DNA of 64,000 nt, from the NCBI RefSeq assembly GCF_018977255.1, contig NW_024704742.1, positions 61,940,001-62,004,000 on the forward strand, given 5' to 3'. The position numbers and the translations under genes were made by a program. Below the pieces are notes generated by a model that saw nothing but the letters and a program-made list of their open reading frames with translations, was not told where the DNA came from and did no database searches. Shown piece after piece: positions 1 through 11,437 of this stretch (its first letter is position 1; each line of letters begins with the position of its first letter). The DNA is from Callorhinchus milii. Taxonomy: Eukaryota.

Positions 1-92
1 ACATTTTCATACATGTTTCAAGGGAATCAAGGGTTATGTGGGATGGGGTGGAGAGGAATTAGAAATCTGGGTGGAGATTCATGTGGAGTCTA

Positions 93-395
93 AGATGAGA
101 TATTAAACCAAAATACTGTCTGCCTGTTCAGGTGGATGTTAAAGATACTATGGCATTATTCAAAAAGAGAAGAGAATTTCTCCTGGGGTCCTGTTCATCA
201 ATCCCCCAGATAAAATTGATCATTCACTTCTTTGCTGTTTGTGAGCCAATGTGTGCCCAAATCGACTGTTGTATTCGCCCACAAACACACATTCACTAAT
301 CTAAACGATAAATCCTGTGAAGCACTTTAAGACATTTTAACAATGTGATAGGGCTTCATATTAAATACAAGGATTATTATTATTTATTACTATTT
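93..395 (+). mobile_element. old Deu-domain SINE (SacSINE1/AmnSINE-like), 5'-truncated
   Basis: GATGAGATATTAAACC...GTTCAGGTGGATGTTAAAGATACTATGGCA Deu-like core, then TGTGAAGCACTTT...CAAGGATTATTATT tail. Confidence 0.7.
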
Positions 396-1794
396 TCTTT
401 TACTGATATGTTCTCATAAAAACAGACACAGTAACAGCCGAATATGGTTCACGTCCACAGGTTGTATAAAATGTGAAATATACATTTTTCATAGGTTATC
501 ATTGGATTATGGACTGTTTAAGACTCACAAACAATCCATGGTTTGCTTCTGCATTTGAGGCTCTTATTCTTACATTAACTTTTGTGATTTGAGTCAGAAC
601 AATAAGAGATTTTAATGGGGAAAAATTAAAACTCCCAAGGAAAATCTACAATTATCCCATAAAACCAGCCATTTAACAGTTCAGCAAAGGTGTGGAAGGT
701 GCCCTGGGCAAAACAAGGACTGTAAAAGAGGCAATAAATGCAACATCTTCTCGTTCATTAGCAGCTCATTGTACACAAAGCAAATGAGAACACGGACAGC
801 TGTGAGTCAGAGTAGAATCACCCAAAGAAAAGTGAAGTATCCTTTAATAAATTAGACCAGATTTTATGACATGCAGTTGTGTGGTGCAAATGTCTGTCTC
901 TCCTATAGGACAGTTTGGATCAAAGCACCAGTAAATATTCGTCCGGCCTTTCCTGCACTTCAAGTTTATTTAGGAAAGTATTCCAACAGTATGTCTCCAT
1001 GTTAAGGATTGCAAAGTAGCTTCAAAAGTCAATCAGGTAGCCACAGGCTGCAGGTGAGAGTCCCAAAACTATTTGCTCTAACTGAAATATGTCTCGTCAC
1101 TGTGAAAGAGGCAGCCTTTGCCTTGTTCCAAATTGTGCAGAATACCATCAATACAAGGACATAGAGCAAGAACCATATAAAGGAGTTTGCAAAGGCATAA
1201 GCGCATCAAAGGACAAAATGCTAGGAAAGAAAATAAAACTCATGCAAGTTTGTATAACTTAAGTGAAATTCCACTTAAAAATTATACAGTGAATAGGATA
1301 ACATCTTATTGGTCAGAGTGTTCAAATTCAACGCAGGATGAAAGACTTCATTATTTTAGGTCACTTGAAAGCAATTCCTTGTTGGATGCAAGTCAACAGC
1401 ACACACCATTTACTGCTGAGGACTAAATTGTCTGTCTCTCTCAGATATCATGATAAAATGGAGTAAAGTTTGTGTAGTGTACAGGTTATGTGGTAAAAAA
1501 TTTAGACTATCGACTCTCAGTTTATCTAGTATAAACATCCTGGAATTCGTTTGACACTAGGTAAAATTACATTTTGGGGGCAGAGTGCGAAGATTGAATG
1601 ACCCCAAATCTACTGGTCAAGGGAGCTACCACTGGCTTCACTCTCCTGTGTTAGCTGATCTCATCCAGGCAGCTGTCACTGCAGTTGAGGAAAAGTAGTA
1701 TTGAAAGTTATGGGGAAAGAACAAGTGGAATAGGTTTTGAGTTGATAGCTCCAGTAACAGAGTAACATCAGCAGAGACATCATCTTAATAAAAG

Positions 1795-2085
1795 CAATAA
1801 TAATTCTTGCATTAAATATAGCTCTTCATCATACCATCAAAAAAGCATTTCACAGATATTTACTGTAAATTGACTGTGGATTTGTAGACAAATAGAACAG
1901 TACATAACAATATCCCACAAATGGCTGTGAAGTGAATGACCAATTTTATTTGGGGGATTGTTGACCAGGATACTGGGAGAAACTCCCTTCTCTTTGGAAT
2001 AGTGCCATGTGATCTTTAATAGACATTTGAACAGGACTTTGGTTTAAGATCTTAATCTGAAGTCCAGCACCTTCAACAATAACCC
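1795..2085 (-). mobile_element. old Deu-domain SINE fragment
   Basis: Reverse complement of the tail (AATAATAATTCTTGCATT) and Deu core (AGTGCCATGTGATCTTTAA...GGTTTAAGATCT). Confidence 0.65.
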
Positions 2086-2630
2086 CACATTGGATTGTAG
2101 AATCATCCACCCTGATACTGCAAACTATTTTATTTACAAGGCAATTACCTAATACCTCACTCTTTCTTATTGATTATTATTTGCCATCCTGGATAACATT
2201 AAATAGTTCGCTGTGCACCACTTCATTAAACTAGAAGTGATCCTGGGATATATTTTACCAACCAAAATGATGGAGTATAATAATTCCTACAGTTAAAGAA
2301 AAACACTAGGAGTAACTATTGGAAAATTAACATTGTAACAGGGCATACATTATTGAATGGTAGAATTAGTTGGAAGTTAATTTCTCAGTGAACTATTGTG
2401 TCTGTAGAGTGTGCAAACTTGTTAGATACTAATCTTCCAATCAGAATTCAGAGCATTTAATTCAGCATAATTTCTTCACAAAGCCCTTAAATATATCTGG
2501 AGTTCCATTTTATTTTATGTTGAACTTTCTGAACATTGCGATGTTGCGTGTTCATAGTGTATTATTTTTGTGCACATAAAAATTCAATATTCTGAGAAAT
2601 ATAGCAGGACTAACCTGTTACCAGTTCCAT

Positions 2631-2985
2631 TATAATATAATAATAATCCTTGCATTTGATATAATAATAATAATAATAATCCTTGCATTTGATATAGCGC
2701 TTTTCACGTCGGGAGGACGTCCCAAAGCGCTTCACAGAACACACTGTAAAGTGAATTGATTGTATATTTGTGGGCGAACGCGGCAGCCAATTGCGCACAG
2801 CAATGTCCCACAAACAGTCGTAGATTGAAAATGACCAATTTATTATTGTTTTTGTTTTTTTGGAGGGATTATTATTAGGCGTGTGGAGTAAGGAAACTTG
2901 CCCAAGGTTTCGCCCTCTGCCTGGAATTGAACTCAGGTCTCTCACTTGCAAAGCGAGTGCTCTAACCACTGAGCTACAGGACTCC
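2631..2985 (-). mobile_element. young tRNA(Ala)-derived SINE, full length, tail type A, duplicated tail end
   Basis: Minus-strand head GGAGTCCTGTAGCTCAGTGGTTAGAGC (A box), TTTGCAA anticodon loop, GAGTTCAATTCC (B box), (TAT)n tail; near-identical to copies at 12941, 17341, 21494, 53929. Confidence 0.92.
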
Positions 2986-2991
2986 ACGAGT

Positions 2992-3309
2992 CCTTGCATT
3001 CAGATGACCAATTTATTATTGGTTTTGGTTTTGGAGGGATATAGCACTTTTCACATCTTCTAGATGTCTCAAAGCGCTTCACAGAATATACTGTATATTT
3101 TGTGGGTGAAACGCGGCAGCCACAGCAGTGTCTCACAAATAGTCGTGGATTGAGTGACCAAATTATTATTTTTTTTTAAAAAAACTATTGAGGATTATTA
3201 CCAGTCATGTGGAGTAAAGAAACTTGCCCAAGGTTTCACCCTGCCAGGAATCGAACCCAGGTCTCTCGCTTGTGAGGCGAGTGCTCTGACCACTGAGCTA
3301 CAGAACTCC
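2992..3309 (-). mobile_element. tRNA-derived SINE, tail type B, internally rearranged
   Basis: Same head and body as the adjacent copy, with two internal deletions and an inserted body segment. Confidence 0.85.
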
Positions 3310-4289
3310 ATTGATCTACGAATATGGAGAGCATAAAGCAAGCTGTCAGATTTGGTGCGGTTGCCCTAAGGCAACAAAGATAAAGTCTAAGGTCAATTGT
3401 CTCGCCCAAGTAAAGCCCAATATGGTGACATGGGACTGTGAATGCATAAACTTGGCAGATTTTCCAAAAGATAAATCTAAGGGTTACCTTGAAAGCCATG
3501 GAACAACTCTATGCTGAAAGGCTGCTGAATGGTTATTGTAAACTTGAGGTTATGTGTTCAGGCGTCCCCTTTGGGTGAGTACATACTTATTTAAACACTG
3601 TTTTTTAACGCTCCACTGTGGGTACATTGAAGGCAAACTTCCATGAAGGAAGCCTATAATAAAGTCATTGAATACCTTTGAAAGGTTAGAGAAGCATTTC
3701 ATATTGATAAAGGATAAAACAGTAACAGGAAATGATGGTTGTCAAGTCATTAAAGCTGAACATTTTTGTGTAATTATGAGTAATGATTAAATGTTCCTTT
3801 TAAAATTATTCATCTTAATTTCCCTGCATATTTTATGTAATTTTCCCAACAAAATGAATGATATCATGGACGTTTAGACCACAATAGTGCGTCTGTGTCT
3901 GTGACTCACATAACTAACAGCACAGTTAATCTTATCAACTTTCACAAGACCCAGTGCATTAAGCTGAAACTATTAATCTTCTATCTACTGTCAACAACAA
4001 AGTCTAGTGGTTCAGATAACATAGAGACAGCAACTATGATATCACCACTAGCAACAGAGTATGAAATAAAATGCGAGTACAGCAGTTTATTAACACACAT
4101 TTCTCACTCAGGATTCGGATTAATTTAGCATTGTTTCTTCATTCAGCCCTGAATATATCTGAAATATAGTATACCATTGTCCAAATATCCTAAAAGTTGC
4201 ATTTTTTAAAAGTATGCATTCACAGTGACAATGAAAAGAAAAGCTGGAGAAATTTGGGCCCGAAAATATTTTTGTCTACTTGTGTTTTA

Positions 4290-4500
4290 ATAAGAATAAC
4301 AATCCTTGCATTTGATATAGCGCCTTATCACGTCCATTTGATATAGCGCCTTATCACGTCCATTTGATATAACGCCTTATCACGTCCATTTGATATAACG
4401 CCTTATCACGTCCATTTGATGTGGCGTCTTATCATGTCGTTGAAATGTCTCAAAGCGCAGAATATAATGTAAAGTGGATTGACTGTATATTTTGTGGGCA
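4290..4500 (-). mobile_element. SINE 3' tail fragment containing a tandem expansion
   Basis: AATCCTTGCATTTGATATAGCGCC...CTCAAAGCGC...TTGACTGTATATTTTGTGGGC. Confidence 0.8.
4309..4438. repeat. minisatellite, 5 x 26 bp (CATTTGATATAGCGCCTTATCACGTC)
   Basis: Five head-to-tail units read directly; the unit derives from the SINE tail. Confidence 0.95.
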
Positions 4501-4796
4501 AATTAAAATAAGCTTTATTTCAGCAGGTGCACATTTTCCTTTTTTAATGGTTTCCTTCCTTTCCCTCTGCTGCTCACTCATGTTGAAACCCTGCATAAAC
4601 AGAGAGGAGGGAAGCAGTCAACTCCCACTGAACCAACGGGATGTGGGGGACATGGGGTTCTGCAGATGGGAATAGCTCTGTCCACAATAAGCACTGTTAC
4701 GTATTGTGAGGGAGATGAAGTGTTTCTTATTTCCCTCTGACAGTGAACTTGTTGGACATCTGGGCTGTTTTTTCCTATTTGCCATTTATGTCTTTG

Positions 4797-5152
4797 TGTG
4801 CCAGTCTGACTTTGTTGGTAGCACTCTCGCCTCTGAGTGAAACTGTGCTGGGTTCAAGCCCCTCATTGAAACTTTGAACTTGCATATCTTTGAAGATTCT
4901 GTCCACCTGTTCAGGGTTAGTGTTAAGGTTATTCAAAAATAGAAGGGAATTTCTCCTAGTGTTGTGGCTAACATTCCCCCACATAAAATTCACTTAATAC
5001 TTGTTTGTGGAAAATTGCTGTGTGCAAATTGGCTGCCACGTTTGCTAAATAGTATACTGTCACTGCAGTTTATTGTAAATCCTGTGAAGTCCTTTGAGAT
5101 GTCCTCCTAATATGAAAAGGCTCTATAACAAATGTAAGGTTTACTATTTATT
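4797..5152 (+). mobile_element. old Deu-domain SINE with tRNA-like head
   Basis: TTGGTAGCACTCTCGCCTCTGAGT...GGGTTCAAGCCC head, degenerate core, L2-type tail. Confidence 0.7.
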
Positions 5153-6834
5153 AAATGTATCTATGCACATAACATATCTGATATAAAGCTGCTCAGAGCT
5201 CCTTTTTACTAGCCAGTCAAGAAATTTGGAACAGAATAGACTGCCAATTAATGAGGAAAATGGAATTTAATGGGCCCGATGCTTTTTGGCTGAAGGATCT
5301 GGACAGACACATGCTGTCTCATGGGTAATAGGAGTTCAGCTTCACTTCCGAGTTCACATTTTTGAAATGATTCGTTGAATTAATCTAGTGAACTCTGAGA
5401 ACTCTTCTCTGCTGACTTCAAACAGTCAGGCTTTTTTTCTCTCCCACAAACCAGAATTCTGTACTGCTACAGTCAATGCCCCCTAGTTTTATCTGAAAGC
5501 TTGTCTCATTCCCAAATGATTAGCGTGGGCAACGAGCCTAAAAGCTGTGTAAGTGCTGAAGTGCCAAGATCGCCATTCATTGGTAATCCAATCTGTCTTG
5601 CATCAATTATGAAAAATGGTATTTGCTACCAAACACGTACATCAACAAGCCCAGATACAATTAATAAACCCTAATCTTTTCATCTGGTGAAATCATGGAG
5701 ACCTCTATCCACTCTATAAACTTTTACATTTTGTGGATTAAGAATTAAACTAAAAAACATCTCGGAATACAAAGAAATCTGAGTATAAATATAAGTAGAG
5801 ACAGGATATAGATCATTAAGGAAGCTTTTAGTACAAGATTCATAAAACTGTCTCTTCCTGCGGCATTCTCCACATATCTTACCAGTGATTTATAATAACC
5901 CTTGCATTTGGTATAGTATCTTTCACATCAGGAGGACGTCTCAAAGTGATTCACAGGATTTATGGTGAAGTGGAGTGACTGTGTACTTCTAAGCAAATGA
6001 GGCAACCTGATCACGCACAGAAATATCCCACACACCTCTCTGATCCAAATTATTTGCTGCAGGTTAAATGGGTCTAAAATATATACCCAATCACACACAG
6101 CAGTGTTGCATAAACCAGATTTATGTAGAAATGTTTAATGTGCTGTGTAATCTTCAATTCAGACGTAATGGAGCAGAAAACCCAGAAACGAATCCCAAGG
6201 TAAGTAAACTAATTTAATTATAAATATTGTACTCCAGAAGCCATATTCTACTTCATAATTGGAGAAACGTAAAGCAATAGAGGTGAAAATGTGACAGGAG
6301 ATTCAATGCATTGCATCCGACATCTTAAGAAAGATTGCAAAGGAAGAGGAAGAGATCGAGATTAAAATACTGCGAAAACTAACAGGTTAGCAGGTGATTG
6401 TCACCAATCTTTGTCCCCTTGCAGCAAGAAAGGCTCAGCTGCTAACCCATCGCAGACACTGCGATCACTGGTTACAATGGTGGAACTCAGACAAGCAAAG
6501 ATTCACTCTTTGCAGGTAAACCTTTTCCTTCCTGTCTCCAAGATAAAGTGTTCCCTTTGTTTTTTTTAATCTAGAAAATGGTTCATTTCCTCGATCGAGC
6601 TTCCCTTTAATATCATGCCAAGAAATGAAGTCAATCTATCCTCCCTTTTCTCTCTGTGTTATTTCTGTGACCTTTTTCCTAGTTTTTTCCCCCATAATCA
6701 TCAGAAATGCTTTTTGTTTTTGTTCTGCTGGATTCCAGTGCTAGATTTACAGGTAAGAATTATTAATGTACAACATTGGAGGTTAATGCTTCCAGCACCA
6801 GATCAATTTTGTAAATGGATTTCTTAATTTAAGT

Positions 6835-7115
6835 GGAGTCTTGTAGCTCAGTGGTTAGAGCACTCGCCTCGCAAGCGAGAAGGACCTGAGTTTGATTCCC
6901 GAACTGGGCAAAACCTTAGTCAGGTTTCCTTCCACACGCCTCTGTTTACCTAGCAGTAAGTAGGAACCTAGTTGTTTGTCAATTGGCGGATAGTTATTCC
7001 AGGGATATTAATCTCTTTAAATTTTTTTTAACAATATAGTATATTCTGTGAAGCGCTTTGAGACGTCTCGAAGATGTGATAAGGCACTATATCAAATGCA
7101 AGGATTATTATTATT
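6835..7115 (+). mobile_element. tRNA-derived SINE, long-form variant (extra internal segment, middle deleted)
   Basis: GGAGTCTTGTAGCTCAGTGG head, then GCCTCTGTTTACCTAGCAGTAAGTAGGAACC segment (also at 14040), type B tail. Confidence 0.85.
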
Positions 7116-7494
7116 AATTTAAATCAGTCGAGTGCAGACTTTCTCCTGTAACTGGAAGTACATCATATACAGCAAAACAACTTAAGGGATTCCTGCTTTG
7201 AAAATTGATCAAGGTAGAATTCTCCCAATGATTCGGCTTCCTGGATTTGCAGATTTCTTCATTAAGAAATCCCCTTGCATCGTTCTATGTGACTTGTTAA
7301 ACTCTATAACTAACTAGTCAGAAGGACCCTTGCATACCAGTCTATGGCTGGTTGTGACTTTGCCCCACTTGCTGGATTGTGCTACCAACAGTGAGTGCTG
7401 TCCACTAAGTATTTGCACACTATTGAACTGGCACTAAAAATTGTACAATTTCTTTTACACTTTTATCATTTCACAACCAGAATTTCACCCCAAT

Positions 7495-7612
7495 GTTTCA
7501 TTCGCCCACAAATATACAGTCAATTCACTTTACAGTCTATTCTGTGATGCGCTTTGAGATGTCGAGAAGACGTGAATAGCGCTATATCAAATGCAAGGAT
7601 TATTATTATTAT
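7495..7612 (+). mobile_element. SINE 3' fragment
   Basis: TTCGCCCACAAATATACAGTCAATTCACTTTACAG...CAAATGCAAGGATTATTATT. Confidence 0.85.
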
Positions 7613-9630
7613 CACCAAACCAAAGTCTGTATGCTTTGCTGAACTCAATTTAGAAAATACAAGATTGTTTTTTGTGTCTCCATTGGCCCACAAATTTGCA
7701 TCTTTGTTATTCCATTTAGAAAGTGATCGATTCAGAGAGATGGTGGAGGGGAAAATTTGGTAGAAAATCTGGATAGAACTCACAAATAAGCTCACTTCAT
7801 GGCTGCTTGTGGGACATTACTACGTGCATATTGGCTGCCATATTTTACCTCTCAAATGCAGTCACTGCACTTTATATGCTATGAAGCACTTTGAGACATC
7901 CTCTCAATGTGAAAGGTGCTATATCAAATGTAAGCACTATTTTTATATAATATTCATTACACTTTACAGAAAATGTAGTAAAGTGATTTGAGATATCCAA
8001 CGTTATAAATGCTGTGCCAAATGCAACGAGTATTATCATGACAAGAGCATGGCATGGTATTTTTGGAACTTTGGAACCAGATGGATGGGCTGCAATTGCT
8101 TCTTATTACTACTGATTGCTTAAAAAATAAAAAGTAAAGCAGAGTAGGCATTGAATTGAACATCGGGTGTGAGGAACTCCACTGACCAGCCTTGTTCATG
8201 TGGAAGTGAACAACTTAGAAGATCAGAAAAGTAATGGCATTAAATAGGGTGCCAATGAACAAATAAGACTTGGATTATAAGATGCTCAAACCTTTCAATA
8301 TTGTTTCAGTCTTTGGGATTCATAATACCCTACAGGTTGCTGCAGGATTGCACAAAGCCCATCGCATTACAAATTCCTAAATCATTTCTGCAAGTTACTA
8401 AACATGAACTTCAAATCTTTAAGAATCCTACGGGAGTTTAAATAGGATGTAGAGCCAATAGGATTTGCACTCTGTGCAAGACACAATACTGGGATCACAG
8501 TGGAGGCCTTTAAATAAACAATAAAACTGTCTCCCCTTTTAACAATTATTTAAACATCTCTTGAGTAAGACATGGTTTCCTAATGGATGTTCTAAAAGCA
8601 GCTAGTGCACGCATTCGGTGCATGCATCAATGTGAAGGATGTTCAGTTTTAATTCCAGCCCTCAAAAGGAAATTCTAAACAGATACGTTTTGCTTTAAAA
8701 GCATTGACACATTAATTTTCCTCAGCCTCCTCACTTAGACTTCTGGCTCCACAGTGGCTACGAGTCTTACTCACATGCCACATTAACAACAACGATGTCG
8801 GGAGAATGATGTCAGATGGATACTGTATGCAAGGCAAAGCATTATTATTTGGAGCAATTTATGGCACTTGTTGTTCAGTTCGTTTACCACCTACCATAAG
8901 AGATCTCAGGAATGACTATACACAGAGTCAAACACTACTTTTCAGCCACTTGTCTGTTAAAATATCTCTAAACACTTTGTTTCTCTGTGGAACTGAATAT
9001 AGAAACAGTCATTGGCAGCACTTAAATTTATATTTATCACTTATTCTTTGGAATACACTCATGTAATGTGACCTTGTAGTCTTTAAACTGAGTAGACAAG
9101 CAATATGCATTGCATAATGTAGTGGAAGCACATAAACACAAGTCTGCCCTGTTCATGCATCAGTGTGAACAGGCAGCTTGTTCAGCAGCATGTTTTCTAT
9201 CACGGAGCAATGACACCTCGTGTGGCTTTGCCGACATTCTTCTTTTAAGTCTCTGCTCCTATAGGGTCCTTGTTCAGTTTCTCAAGCTTCAGATTAGATC
9301 GGGGCCTCCTGTTTCCCGGTTATTAGGACAGCTAGCGTGCCACTGCAATAGGATCACTCTGTAAGCAATGCTTCTGCTGTTTCCAAGCCACTGCTGATGA
9401 AGTTCTCTGAGACAATCAGTAACGTGGGAAAAAGCAGTAATATCCCAAGTACAATATTCAAAACAGGAACTGCAATCTTCCAAATTGATAGATATTGCTG
9501 GTTACAAGCATGCTGTTAACCATGAAATACACTATTTGTAATCAAGCCAGAGTCCTAACGGATAGGATGATCCAAGCTGGAGAAGCAGCAAAACGTTTGT
9601 CAGGCAGTACTCTTAATGGCAAGCTATATG

Positions 9631-9882
9631 GTTTTAGCTGGTAAAACTCCAGTAGTACCTCAATGCACACTCTAGGATCCCCAAGCTATGGCTCTTGCCA
9701 ACATCCGCCTAATACACTCTTGCACTCTCCTAATTTTAAATGTAAGAATTATCAATATTCTCCAGAATTAGGTTGGCAGGATACGTACCTCCAGGGAGAA
9801 AGTTGCATTCCGTTCCAGACACAGAAAAATGGTCATGTGTAGGGTTTACGCATGTGTCAGTCAACCGGCTGACCAAAAAAAA
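9631..9882 (+). repeat. unclassified old interspersed repeat ending in oligo(A), copy A
   Basis: TTTTAGCTGGT...CCCCAAGC...TTCTCCAGAATTAGG...TGTCAG..CCGGCTGACC(A)n shared with 11438, 12197, 58678. Confidence 0.8.
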
Positions 9883-10748
9883 GAAAGCATGGAATCATGT
9901 CCAATTTGTAGTGCAGAAGGTGGCCATTCAACCTATTATATCTACTCTAATCACATACCTCTGGACAATGGAATAAAAAGATATGCCAAAATCTAATAGA
10001 ACTGGTAAAACAGGCTGGCAGGGCTGAATGGCCTTCTCCTGTTCCTATGCGCACTAGTCTTTTCAATTACCTTTAATATAATTTTCTCTCCACTACTTAT
10101 CCAGTTTAGAAAGGTCTCAGCGAATTGCAGAATTAACAATGGGAGGATTGACACAATCTAAAGAATCCAACAGCGAAAGACACATACATTCATATCTGGC
10201 TGCTCTACTTCCCCTTACCTTCCCTGGTCCATGACAGACAGGATTACCTCTGCTAATCCTTTGCCAGGAAATTGGTGGCAGTGGCACAGGTTAGCACCTC
10301 TGTCAACACACGAGAGCATTACGTTAATGTATTTATATTCCTTTAGGTGCTTGGCACAGAACCTTTGCAACATCACTGTAATGCCATATATTTTGGCACT
10401 GTGTGCGCTGGCTCTGTAAGTATGAAATGCACATTATATCTACATATGTTAAGTATAAACCTATTAAACACATAGCTCCAGGAAATGCTGCATTTTAGGG
10501 CTCAAGTCATCTTCTGCTATCTACTGGAGTCAATAGATCCAACGAGGGACCATACATTTTACTTATGTTACCATCTATTCAGAGGCCAACATTAATACTA
10601 AAATAATAAACCTAGCATTTGATATAGCACTTTTCACAACTTCTAGACCTCTCAAAGGGCTTCACAGAATATACTGTAAAGTGAAACAAAAACAGAAGTC
10701 ACTGGGATCAATCAGCAGGTCAGGCAGCATCTATGGAGAAAGGAAAGT

Positions 10749-10788
10749 GAGTCAACATTTCGGGTCCACGACCCTTCGTCAGAGCTGG
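10749..10788 (-). ncRNA. degenerate minimal hammerhead motif (opposite arm)
   Basis: Minus strand reads CTGACGA-A-GGGTC-gtg-GACCC-GAAA-TG-TT-GACTC; stem I poorly paired. Confidence 0.45.
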
Positions 10789-10805
10789 AAAAGGGTCTGT
10801 TTGAC

Positions 10806-10848
10806 TGAGCGTTCTGATGAAGGGTTGTGGACCCGAAACGTTGACTCA
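10806..10848 (+). ncRNA. minimal type I hammerhead ribozyme motif
   Basis: CTGATGA (10814-10820), A, stem II GGGT-tgtgg-ACCC, GAAA (10835-10838), loopless CG helix III, GUU triplet, imperfect stem I (TGA..GTT/GACTCA). Confidence 0.6.
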
Positions 10849-11437
10849 CTTTCTTTTCTCCATAGATGCTGCCTGACCCTTTGAGTGTTCCCAGCGACTT
10901 CTGCTTCTGTTTCAGATTTCCAGCATCTGCAGTATTTTGCATGTTGTTTACACTATAAAGTGAATTGATTATATTTGTGGGTGAAAACGCGGCAACCAAT
11001 TACACACAGCTGTGTCTCACAAACAGTCGTGGATTGACGCGACCAATTTATTATTGCTTTTTTTCTTGAGGGATTATTTCAGGCGTGTGAACATTAGAAA
11101 TTATAGTAGACCAAAAATGAAAAAAATCTGAAATATATAGTAAAATATATAAACAGATACTTTTATGAAAGAAAACCTAATTCCTAGCTTATTTGACAGG
11201 CTAACAAGAAACTATTGGCTGCAATCTTTTGGCTAGGAGGGCAAGTATTGTTTGATGTCAATCAGTTACATACAAATGATTCACAAAGTAGTCCCCTCTA
11301 GCATCCTACATGTCTACCCAGCGTATTGGCAGGAGTTGAAGGGAGCAGAACAATCAATGGGAGCAGGGATTCTTTTCCCTTGGATCCTGTTAACCATGCA
11401 AGCTTTCCAGACTGTCTATTCAACAGCAAACTCTGCA

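Larger units (their letters stand above)
10682..10950. mobile_element. non-autonomous Penelope-like element: inverted pseudo-LTR pair
   Basis: Arms 10682-10785 and 10811-10914 are reverse complements with a 25-nt spacer; CTGATGA-stem-GAAACGT core typical of Penelope pLTRs; 13-bp flanking duplication. Confidence 0.75.
10600..11090 (-). mobile_element. headless SINE interrupted by a Penelope-like element
   Basis: SINE tail 10600-10685 and body 10952-11090 are colinear across the insertion. Confidence 0.85.

Noticed and set aside
2610..2999. Recurrent ORFs ending ...KRYIKCKDYYYY (also 13024, 14306, 17335, 21490, 53879, 55835)
   Set aside because: Chance translations of the SINE and its (TAT)n tail, not a protein family.
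4309..4438. Regular 26-bp repeats resembling a CRISPR array
   Set aside because: No spacers, eukaryotic context, and the unit derives from the SINE tail.
9394..9420. Other CTGATGA motifs (also ~29488, ~38759, ~40171)
   Set aside because: No stem II followed by GAAA and a UH site; not hammerheads.
10681..10999. Two similar ORFs on opposite strands (KQKQKSLG...RNVDSLSFLHRCCLT)
   Set aside because: A direct consequence of the inverted repeat; no coding evidence.
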